NCBI GenBank assembly: GCA_002104905.1
Contig: MCFE01000068.1
Location: 1 to 64,000, forward strand
Source: Basidiobolus meristosporus CBS 931.73
Lineage: Eukaryota > Fungi > Basidiobolomycota
Length of the DNA: 64,000 nucleotides
Direction: 5' to 3'
In this document: piece after piece, positions 27,023 through 38,200 of the stretch
How the letters are laid out: every line of letters begins with the position of its first letter
Numbering within the stretch: position 1 is the first letter of the stretch
Made by a program: the position numbers and the translations under genes
Notes under the pieces: model-generated
What the model was told of the DNA's origin: nothing
Seen by the model: only the letters and a program-made list of their open reading frames with translations
Databases searched by the model: none

Positions 27023-28161
27023 TTAAGGGACAGAGCGCTTTCGTCCGATGATTAGTTTGATGAGCTTTTGTATGTGCGCATCCCAACCGACTGTATATAC
27101 ATTTTTGGGCCAGCGCGAAGTCAATCCATGTACCAAAGCGTGGATGACCTGCTCGGAGGTTGGGGCCACTCTAGCTAAATGTTCGATCCGCGTGGACATC
27201 TCATCAAGTCCGTCGATATAATACTTGAGCAATGCGTCATTCAGTTGGTCTGTAAAGATGGTCTCGGCAAGGTCTACAAAATCCTGGGTGTACGTGCATT
27301 TAGGACGGGCCAGCAATGGGATTGAACGAAACCTACCTCGGTGACGATTTTTTGGGATGGGTCATGAATAGCAGACCTGTACACACCTGTGGAGTTGGGC
27401 CTAAGTACCTCTACGAAATAGCTGTTTGTTGACTCAACCTTACCTGGTTCAACCATACAGCTGACGACTCCAACCTGACGCAGCTCATGTTGCCACACCT
27501 CAGAGATGAGATCCACCGTCTTTTTTGTGGGCCCATGGTTTCCTGAATCTCTATAGAGCATCCACTGCGTTATCGAGCCAATATTGATGATTCTACCTTG
27601 ACTCTCACGCAGTGATGGCACCAAAGCTTGAGTAAGTTTGACAACACCAAAGAGTCGAACCTCTAGAGCATGTTTAACATACGCTTGAGAGGCCAGCTCG
27701 TTTGGTAAACAAATATTTAAGCCAGTGTTATTGATGAGAGCAACCAGAGGAAGCTCCATCTCTTTTAGATGATTCACTATGACGTTTCTAGTTTCGACGA
27801 TGGTTGAAGGTGCCGAGAGGTCCACCATGACGGGAAGGATTCGTCCGGCCTTGCCGATTAAGTTTGGCTCGTTTAGTAGAGCCTCCTGAAACAACATTTC
27901 CAAATCTTCCCCCTCCTTTTGATTTCGTATACCAGCTATAACAGTGTATCCTTGTTTTCCCAGGGAAAGTGCTATATCCCTACCTGCTCCACTCCCGGCT
28001 CTTGTGAGCATCACGGCGGGATGAGCCGAGGGAGTCGGGCAATGAACGATCAAAGGCGGTGTACCGTCAAAGAGAAGATAGGCTAATAAGCATTTGATAT
28101 AATGGAGCATGTTGAGACATCCCTCCAAGAGGTAAAGTATGGTAAGAGAGAACGTATTCAT
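27023..28161 (-). CDS. Atypical short-chain dehydrogenase/reductase (retinol/17-beta-HSD-like); 3' exon boundaries uncertain
   Basis: TRAGSGAG (for TGxxxGxG), LINNTG, GRIINIGS, HGPTK (for YxxxK), VEPG, RWPKNVYTVG. Confidence 0.8.
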
Positions 28162-28619
28162 GTGTGGTATTATGGTTATGAGGAAAAAAGAGGAGCCAGC
28201 GACGAATGTATGCTTGTGTTGTGGGGAGATATGGGGCTCAAGGGGTACACAGAATTAGATATTCAGGTGACAATCGTTAGGCAGTGACATGCAGGATTGA
28301 TAGGATTCAATGTCTTCATGAAGCTTGAAACCATCAGTTTCATGAGTAGGTGTAACGTGCGAGGAAGAAACAAGCAGCCATTCGACATCAATTGATGTAT
28401 GAGGCTTGGATGGCTGTAGCAGTAATTGTTAATCATCATGCGCCCAGTGCAAATCATTCGTCGATGATCAATGCATTGCTCGATTCAATCTAACTTATGC
28501 GCGGGTCTTGAAACGAGCGGGCTCTCGTTCAATATAAAGGTGGTGAGAATGGACGTGGTTTGGTATCGTTCGATCAGTTTGCATTTCCAGCTAGTCCTCG
28601 GTTTGTCAGTCCTTTCGCA

Positions 28620-29123
28620 ATGCTCTACAACTGCAAGATGAATCTGCTCCACGGCTCCATGTGCGTGCTGTTGGCTTCCTCTTATTTGGACCAGACTGAG
28701 GCGTTCGTGGCCAAGGGTTCGTCAAGCCATGTGGCCAATATGAACTTCCATCAGCTCTCCAACAGTGGGAGCAACTTCGGAAGGCTTTCAAAACGTGAAC
28801 TAGCTGAGTTAGAGTCTGATATGATGGAGATTAGCAACCTGGGTATCAAAGACTTGACCAATCCTCTGAGTAAAGTATTGGCGAAAACCGGAGTTTCCCT
28901 GGGTACTGTGGCGGTGGCTCTCACGGCGAAGGGGGTATTAACACCACTCGCCAAGCTACTGGGTGGAAGCTACTCAGGTGTATCCAAGCTGGTGAATCCC
29001 CTTACTAGGGCTTTGACCACTGCCATTATCCGAAAGGGAAAGGTTAAGACCTTTAACAATCTTGGTGATAAGAAGGCTGAAGCTCCTGCTGCTGTCGAAG
29101 AATCGGCTGAAGCTGAAGAATAA
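28620..29123 (+). CDS. Small secreted protein with Kex2-type KR site and amphipathic cationic core
   Basis: Intronless ORF after a TATA-like tataaa at ~28534; hydrophobic leader, LSKR site, Leu/Lys/Ala helical repeats. Confidence 0.7.
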   Translation: MLYNCKMNLLHGSMCVLLASSYLDQTEAFVAKGSSSHVANMNFHQLSNSGSNFGRLSKRELAELESDMMEISNLGIKDLTNPLSKVLAKTGVSLGTVAVALTAKGVLTPLAKLLGGSYSGVSKLVNPLTRALTTAIIRKGKVKTFNNLGDKKAEAPAAVEESAEAEE

Positions 29124-29170
29124 TAAAATGCAACTTACGATCCAGAATTGAAATTTATTTATGTGAATAA

Positions 29171-29250
29171 TTTAAGCAATGCTTCCATGGTTCTTTGAGC
29201 TTCAAGCAATGTCTCGATGGACTTTTGAGCTTTAAGCAATGACTTGACAT
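29171..29250. repeat. Imperfect 30-bp tandem repeat, ~2.7 copies, between convergent secreted-protein genes
   Basis: tt(t/c)aagcaatg at 29171, 29201 and 29231; tttgagc closes the first two units. Confidence 0.8.
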
Positions 29251-29266
29251 GTCAGCGAGTTCTGAG

Positions 29267-29542
29267 TTACTGTTTCTTCGCAGTTGCTGAACTACCCGCT
29301 TGGGGGCCAATATTGGCAGGACTGTGCTTGTTGCTTCCCAGAAGTCTATTTAACAGGGTACCCACGAGCGGTATGTAGCGAGTCCCCTTGTGGACGGTAT
29401 CCAACAGCGGTACTAGTAGTTCACTTCGATCATTGCTGTTTTCCTCGTTCTCATGGAGCAGATCTCTACGTACCACCGGGCCTGCCAAGACTTGAGAACA
29501 AACCACCAGGGCGACCAAGGCTTTGACAAGATCTTTCTTCAT
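29267..29542 (-). CDS. Small secreted pro-peptide, 91 aa
   Basis: MKKDLVKALVALVVCSQVLA signal peptide, GPVVRR dibasic site, acidic spacer, amphipathic YIPLVGTLLNRLLG. Confidence 0.7.
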   Translation of the reverse strand: MKKDLVKALVALVVCSQVLAGPVVRRDLLHENEENSNDRSELLVPLLDTVHKGTRYIPLVGTLLNRLLGSNKHSPANIGPQAGSSATAKKQ

Positions 29543-30006
29543 TCTATAGATGGAGGAAATACAGGCTAGGGATATGCGGTCCTCGTCAGCCTCATTTATC
29601 CCATTCCTGTCGTGAAACATGCAACAAATCCCTCACAATAAAATCTCCCGAAGTGAGGAAGAATGGTGCAGGCGAAGGAACTCTATCTGATATCAAACCA
29701 TATTGAAACGGCCGTATGGGTTCATCTGGCTTGTTTATTTCCAGCTGATCATAGGATATCTTTCCCAATGTTGACTGAATGCTGATCATTGGCTGCATTC
29801 AGATGGTGATCATTTCGGTGATCCATATGTGTCCGTTAATTCGATGCTTGGCAACCGTAGGCAGACTATTTTGGATACTAGCCAATCATACCTGGCTCCC
29901 TTATCATTACCCCAATGCTCGCTGAACAACGTATTTTAACGAAACTTTCGGTGGAATAACTTCTTAGCGTTGCTCCTGCATATTCTTCCAGTTGTCCATT
30001 TTCCTC

Positions 30007-31328
<1,322 letters not shown>

Positions 31329-31533
31329 ATTCCCGGGATCTAAGATGGAAATGCTCTCATCTATACCCTTCCAACTGTCGACAAATTTAATGCATATAAA
31401 TAATCTAATTTCACTTTGGAGTTTATTTTCAATTTGTGGCCAAAAATACATCATCCACGACATGTGGAAGGGAATAACTTATAATGGATAGAGATCGGTG
31501 TGTACAGTCTTCGTGGAGATGGTGTGTGTGCGA

Positions 31534-34080
31534 TTAGTCTGCATCCTCGTTACGCAGGATACTCCTGAAGTTAAACGGAGTGTATTTGTATCCGGTGCCT
31601 GCGTAGAATTTGTTGTTGAATTCCACCCAGTGCAAACGCAGGGCGTGCAGGAATGCCGACAACCCCTCCATCACCATTAGGATGCTCACCGTCAACGCAA
31701 ACCACACTGCGAAGCCTGCCCAGATCCCAATGATGTTGATCGGGAAAGCCAGGCCGAGAACGATTTTGAGGGTCATATCCCAGAGCACACTTGACAGCTG
31801 CGCGTGTGCCAGCGACAACGCCCACAGACGTAGATAGGATGCGGTGTTGGAGATACAACCCAAGCAGAATTCAATCGTGTGGATCACTTGATGAATCATG
31901 ATATCGCCGAATTCAAACTCCTCCTCGTCTTGGGCTTCTTCGGTGGATTGGACGATTTCGTGGTCGTTCTTGCTGTCTTCTGGGATTCGGCCTGGATCCT
32001 TGGATCCCTCCGGGTTCTCGTGGTTTGGTTTGAGCTTGTCCTCGTCAGAACTCAGCCCGGTTTCCTCGGAGTTCACCAATATCTCGGCTGGAGCGCTCCT
32101 GTCCTTTTTGCTGTGCTTGTATTTCAGGATGAATGGCTTGGTCAACAGCATCCACGGGATGCATACGACTGCGATGAATATCAGCACTAGCTGGATGGTG
32201 CCCTGACCTGAATACAGCTGATCTTTGGGACTCACACTGCCAGGGCTTAGGAACATGTAAATCAGCATGTTGAGTAAGCTTGGGGGGCTGATCGGCTGGT
32301 TGTTCCAGTTGATCAGCCATTTGTATATTATGCAGATGCAGAGATATCCGAAGATGCACTCCATGAACAGGATCTGAGGGAGGAACTCTGCCCAGATCGC
32401 GTAGCCATGACGGAAATGGACGTGGTTGTAAATGGTTAGGATAATCCCCACCGACATTTGGATCACTCCCAAGATGACCGACATCTTCATCTTGTAGGAG
32501 TTCGTGAAGATCAAGTAGTTGTCCGTTCCATGCCACGCGGAATCCAAGCCAAACGGATAAACCCCAACCGGCCTAGCATCTATGGACTGGCCATTCTGGG
32601 TCGCCGCCGGCCAAGCCCACCCTGAAGGGAATATGGCGAGGGAGCGAGAAAACAGGTCGTTGTAGATGAGTCCGGTGAATATCGAGAAGAGCCCCATAAG
32701 CAGAATGATGTATCTGCCGTTGAACATCATGGCGAATATCTCCCCGCCGTTATATCTGGCCAGCGATTTTTCCTTTAGCACCAGCCATAGGGCGAACGCA
32801 GTCATCAGGACTCCATGGCCCAGATCGCCAAACATCACCGCGAACAGGAAAGGAAAGGTGATCACAGTAAAGAGGCCAGGGTTCACCTCCTGGTACTTGG
32901 CCACGCCATAGGCATCCACGATGTTCTGAAATCCTTGGCTGAACTTGTTGGTACGGTGGAATGTAGGGGGTTCTCGTTTTGTCTGCAGCTGAGTCAGGAT
33001 TGGGTATACGTGCGATCCGGTGCTTTCGGCTGCTTCACGAAGGGAGAGTTGAGCGGAGGGGATGTCGTTCGTGGGACACCAACCCTCGGCTATGAGACAG
33101 CGCCGGTTCTGGTCATAGTTGAACAGATTCATGACGTGATAAATCGCCTTCTCCTTTTTCACCAGCGTCATCCATTCCGACAAATTCCTCGCGATCAGCT
33201 CCAGTTCGGAGCGCCTGGTCTGGTTGGTGTTTTCGAGGATGTTCCGGAGGTCACTTAGCCTGGATTCGATGTCCCGGATCTTCAGGCGTCTCTGCTCGGG
33301 ATTTATGTCGATGGGGTAAAGCGAGGCACCCATGGCCTCGGCGATCTTCCGGATTTTGCTGAGGATTTCCGAGCCGTGTGCGTAGATTACGAACGTCGAC
33401 TTTTCGAGTTGATCCCCGCTTTGCCAGTCCGTCAATGGCTCCGGTATTTCGGATTGATACATGTACAGGTTGCCACGCAGTGACCTCCAAAGAACCCTCT
33501 CGAAGACGTTGATCTTGTTGCGCGGGATGGTTCCCGCCACGAAACCTACAGATGAGACGCTCTGGTTCAATTCGGTCTTGCCCGTCTCAACGTCCGAATC
33601 GGGCTGATCTTGTGCTGGAGCCGGGCACTGAAGAGACCCTATATCTTGGATATTCGCCGAGCCTTCCAGCACATACTTATTCTCGATCAGCTCCTGGTGC
33701 TGCCGCTGCAGGGCGCGGTAGGAGTCGTTGAAGTTGGAAAGTTTGTCCTCGTGTTCACTCAGCTGCTCGGCCAGATCATGGATGTCCCTCCCGGTGATGG
33801 GCTGGTTAGTCCCGGTGCTGTCCGCGTTCATATGGGGGATTTTGATGTTGGACGATTCGCACTGCTCGCTAAAGTTTCGGAGCTGGCGTTCGATATCATT
33901 CAAGCGTCTTATTTCATCACTGAACGACCTTTGGAAGAAGCTAAGGTCTGGGTTTAGATCCCGGAACTGGATGAGGCCACGCTCTCCTAGGTGTGCCACT
34001 GTGGAATGAGAGATCTCGGTTGGGATGAAGAGCTGCACGAGAGACATCTCTTCCGAACGGAACAATGTGGATCGAGCCAT
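31534..34080 (-). CDS. VPH1: V-type ATPase V0 subunit a (848 aa, intronless)
   Basis: FRSEEMSLVQL, FRDLN, PPTFHRTNKF, MFGDLGHG, SNTASYLRLWALSLAH (essential Arg), LRLHWVEF. Confidence 0.97.
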   Translation of the reverse strand: MARSTLFRSEEMSLVQLFIPTEISHSTVAHLGERGLIQFRDLNPDLSFFQRSFSDEIRRLNDIERQLRNFSEQCESSNIKIPHMNADSTGTNQPITGRDIHDLAEQLSEHEDKLSNFNDSYRALQRQHQELIENKYVLEGSANIQDIGSLQCPAPAQDQPDSDVETGKTELNQSVSSVGFVAGTIPRNKINVFERVLWRSLRGNLYMYQSEIPEPLTDWQSGDQLEKSTFVIYAHGSEILSKIRKIAEAMGASLYPIDINPEQRRLKIRDIESRLSDLRNILENTNQTRRSELELIARNLSEWMTLVKKEKAIYHVMNLFNYDQNRRCLIAEGWCPTNDIPSAQLSLREAAESTGSHVYPILTQLQTKREPPTFHRTNKFSQGFQNIVDAYGVAKYQEVNPGLFTVITFPFLFAVMFGDLGHGVLMTAFALWLVLKEKSLARYNGGEIFAMMFNGRYIILLMGLFSIFTGLIYNDLFSRSLAIFPSGWAWPAATQNGQSIDARPVGVYPFGLDSAWHGTDNYLIFTNSYKMKMSVILGVIQMSVGIILTIYNHVHFRHGYAIWAEFLPQILFMECIFGYLCICIIYKWLINWNNQPISPPSLLNMLIYMFLSPGSVSPKDQLYSGQGTIQLVLIFIAVVCIPWMLLTKPFILKYKHSKKDRSAPAEILVNSEETGLSSDEDKLKPNHENPEGSKDPGRIPEDSKNDHEIVQSTEEAQDEEEFEFGDIMIHQVIHTIEFCLGCISNTASYLRLWALSLAHAQLSSVLWDMTLKIVLGLAFPINIIGIWAGFAVWFALTVSILMVMEGLSAFLHALRLHWVEFNNKFYAGTGYKYTPFNFRSILRNEDAD

Positions 34081-34854
34081 AGCGTCGGAGAGGCTCGGAA
34101 AGAAACCGACTAGGTAAAATCGAATAGGAGTTAGTGAGTCGAAAGGTGAGTAATGTCCCGCTTCCTATGCATCAAACGAGGAGGAGGAGGAGGTCAAAAG
34201 GACAGTGTAAGAGAGAGAGAGGGAGGGAGGAAGAAAGATCCAAAGGTATATGATGAATCCTAGTTTGACTGCTGTTTCTGATATCGCGAGGCGAAGGCCC
34301 TGGGTTTTATATTTATTGGGATTGGATATCATATGATACGGACCTAACGCATCCTCTAACAATGGCCTGAGACAGATGGTGCAAGCCGGCTATTCTAACA
34401 ATCAATGCATTACTAAATGAATACTCGCATATTCAGAGTGCGGCTGTTACCGTGCAAGAGAATGGGGGAGAGCCATCAACAATCCCATGCAGTGGATGTA
34501 TAACAATGCCGGGACTCCACCTAATGGTGCATTCCCATCAAGGTGAATGATACCCTTGACGAGGGGCAGTAGGGATGTTCGATGGATACGCCGGCTTTCC
34601 AGGTGATGTGTGACACACCGAACTTCCATCCGGAATGCCAACCCAACCACTCCTCGATCATGTATGAAACTGGCCGAGAATCATCCCAAACCTCTTGAAG
34701 GCCAAACTTAGGGTTAGGATGACTTGCCAACCTTAATCCCACCCCGATGGATATGCATTCCAACTTATCATGAAACGGTCAACGGGCAGTTTGCTTTGTC
34801 GAGCTACTGAGCAATCATGCAGCTTCCGAAGTATCCGGACGAGGCCAGTCAACC

Positions 34855-34894
34855 CCCATCCCCATTCCCATCCTCATCCTCATCCTCATCCTCA
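34855..34894. repeat. Hexamer (CCCATY/CTCATC)n simple repeat
   Basis: cccatccccattcccatcctcatcctcatcctcatcctca. Confidence 0.85.
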
Positions 34895-35204
34895 GTAGAT
34901 AATCGACAATGGATGCGCAGGTAAACGTGCAACCGCAGGTCGATCGGCTGCACATGATCCAGAGCAAGCAAGAGGTTAGACCCGGCTGCAGTCTGATTAA
35001 CAATAGAGTGATTTATCAACTTTTGGGATATCGAATGTACAATACTACGTAGCAATTGTGAGGTTGATCAATACACATTCTGGAGAACCTAAAATCGGAT
35101 TAATCTAATATGGGAATATCATGCCCGCGAAACAAAATGTGGTGGTTGTAGGGCTGGTAGCAAAGGACTATTAGGCGGAGTATTAATTTCGGTGGGTCGT
35201 GGGC

Positions 35205-38200
35205 TCATGTTCGCTTCCAGGTCTCTTCCCCAAGGCACCCCCTTTCGTGGCGCTGCTTTCTAATGATATCTAGTTGCTCCTGGTGCAACGCGGCGTTTTT
35301 CTCTAACCTTTGCTTCGTCTTGCCTTTGATCTCGACCAAGGTTTTGTTCAGGTTGGATGCGTTGCGAAGTTGCTTATCCTTCTGCTGCTTCTCTCGCTTG
35401 TTGTGGCGAGCAATCACCTTCTCCTGGTTCTTGCGGAACCCGGCGGCAATCGGAAGGTAAAGGGACTCGATCCTTTGCTCGATGGCGTTCCGCTTGAGAA
35501 CCGAGTCCGGTGACGAGCTATGATACCACACCAGAAAGTCGTGGATATTGTGGATTTGGGCTCTCTCGTTGCCGTCGTTGTTGATCGAGTCTCCATCCCG
35601 ATAATCCGAATACGACCGGGGCGAGTAATCCTCCGACTCGGGGAAATACATGTCTGAGGTGTCCTCGACCTTCACGGAGAACAACGAGGTGAAAACCTCC
35701 TGATCGTCCAAGATCTTCGCAATCACCTTCCGGTTTTCCTCGATGGCTCCGATCACGCTGACCAGAATCTCTCCGACCAGGGTCTGAAGCTCCCGGTCCG
35801 CACGGTGGAAGATCCGTAGCAGGAACAGGATCCCGTTGGATTCTCGGAACTTGGGCTGATCAGCGATCATTTCGAACGAGAAGTTCTCTATGAACTCCGC
35901 TTGCTCCCCAGAGGCGAACTCCGCCTGAAGCACGTTGATGATGATGCCGTCTCGAATGTTGAACAGCCCCGTCGACTTCATCACCGTGCGGATTGCCGGG
36001 TTGTTTTGGCAGGCAAGGTGGTTGATCGTGCTCACGAAATGCCGGTAGATCTTCGCTGACGAGGGGACGTACTCGTCCAGGTGCTTGTACAGGTAAGTCA
36101 GATTCCTCAGCACATCAGTGGCGGTGTCATGGGCCAGGTAGGGGTTCTTGTCGAAGAATGAAAGGGTGATCTCGACCAACTGGATCTCGAACAGGTCGTT
36201 CTCGGCAACCGCGCCTCTGCTCTTGGATGTCACCGAGTTCTTCCGGGAAATATCGTAGATCATCAGCTTCTGGATGAGCGAGTCGGTGGCGGAGATCATA
36301 CGTGCGTATCCCAGCTTCTCGGGATTGGTGCGGTCTTGGAGGAACGACCGGATCCACTCGGTCCAGTTGTACTCCCACAAGATAGCCATGTTATCGTTGT
36401 GCAGGATTCGCTTGATGTCTACCAAGACCAGGCACAAAAGGTCAAGGTCCGTCACGGATTTGAGGAGATCGAGAGTCAGCCGAATGAATTCCGGGTAGAC
36501 CAGTCGATCGGTGAACTTCAAGTTATGCGTGAAGCTGTCTACACTCGACCGTGGCGACCGTATCCAGGGCCGATCGTTGCCATGCGATTTGGTGCTAGCC
36601 AAGCATTGATAATGGTTGAGCGCTACACCCAGCAAGCAACGGGTGAGCTCTGCAGTGACGGGGAATGGCGCCAGAAACAAGAACATCGCATCGAACACCC
36701 CAAGCTTGGTCATGAGGGAGCGAGTTTGCTTGATATTCGTGCTGATGAGAACACCCATCATTTTAAGAACAGTCACCCGCAGCTTCTCATCTTGGAACTC
36801 CAAGAAGGAAAGCAGCAGCGTCAACCCGCCGATGTTTCGGATCATCTCAACGAAAACAAGGCTATTCGACATGTGCTTGAATACAAGGCCCAACACCTCG
36901 CTCTTCATGTCCAACGACTGCTTCTTCCCGTAGGATAGGAAGTTGATCAATCTTGCCACTTCGTCTGTGGCCATATCGGTCATCATCTTGTCCATGATTC
37001 GCAACGCAAATTGGCGCAGAGGCGAAGGCAGAACATGCAGCAGCTCGAACAGGATGTCTAAGCCACCCATGCTTCTCCAATGCCTCATGTTCTCCGGCAC
37101 GTCAATCAGAAGATCCACTAGCAGTCGAAGTACCGGAAGCTGGACTTGCTCGGGACAATTCATCAGCAGGTCCGAAATCAACAACAGGCAGTCGGAATTG
37201 TTGAAGATGAACTGCTCCTTCTTCCTGGCTCCATCACTGGCCAACTCGAAAAGGGTTTCGAAGTGGTTCCAAGTCAGTTCGCTTGTATAATTGCGAAGGA
37301 TGGAGTACAACACGTTGAATCCCTTTTGCTCGGTGAATCGCTGGAGAAGGTGAGGAGACTTGCACAGCAGGTTTGAGATGATGCGTAAACCAACTAGCTG
37401 CTGCTCCGATCCCATCTCCAAGAAGGGGAAGCAAAGCTGGATGCCACCTACATCAGTGATCACGTCCTTGATGGATTTGGTGGAATGGACTGCGCACCCG
37501 CCCTCGACCTTACACACTATCTTCGTGGGGTCCGGGGATTCCCAGATTTGCTTCATCAGGCTGATATCCGAAGTCGAGGACACGGAGATCTTGTCGGTCT
37601 CGGTGGTTCCGTTTTCGTTGGCATAGATCTGGGGGATTATCGCGACCACCTCTTTGTTCTCGATCCCCTGAGCACGGAAACCTTTGGTGTAACGCGGGCC
37701 TTGGTTGTAGATGCGCTGCGTAACCGACTCATCCCAAAGCCCCTCCATGATGTGGATTGACCCGATCTGGCCACAGAAGTACCCTTTGTGCAGCTTATCC
37801 TGCTCGTTGATACCATCGCCGTAGAGGTGAGATGACAGGGAGGCTCGAGGCTTGACCCCCTTTCTTCCTACCACCAGAACAAACGGCTTCTCCTTTCCAG
37901 TGATCCTGGGATAGTTGAAAGTTCCATAGGATTGGACGAGGTATCCATCGACAAAAAGAGAGGTTCCGTCCCTCGAGTGGACAAACGCGATATGCCGCCA
38001 AACATCGGTTTCGGAGAAGTCGAACCCATCAAATACAAAGTCCTCCGCAGGTAAGGGCCATTGCTGCGTTCTTACGCATAGGCAGTACCGTGCTGACTTA
38101 TCCAGAGCCTTGAAGTAGAGCTCAAAGGTGGTGTTGGGTGCGGAGGGGTCCTCGTAGCAAATGAGTCCAGTCTCCGCATGGAAAAACTCGGTGATCTTTA

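Noticed and set aside
34390-35100. Possible extra exons of the neurobeachin-like gene or a small independent gene
   Set aside because: No BEACH/PH motifs in any frame I read; candidate short spliced ORFs are dominated by a simple repeat and lack support
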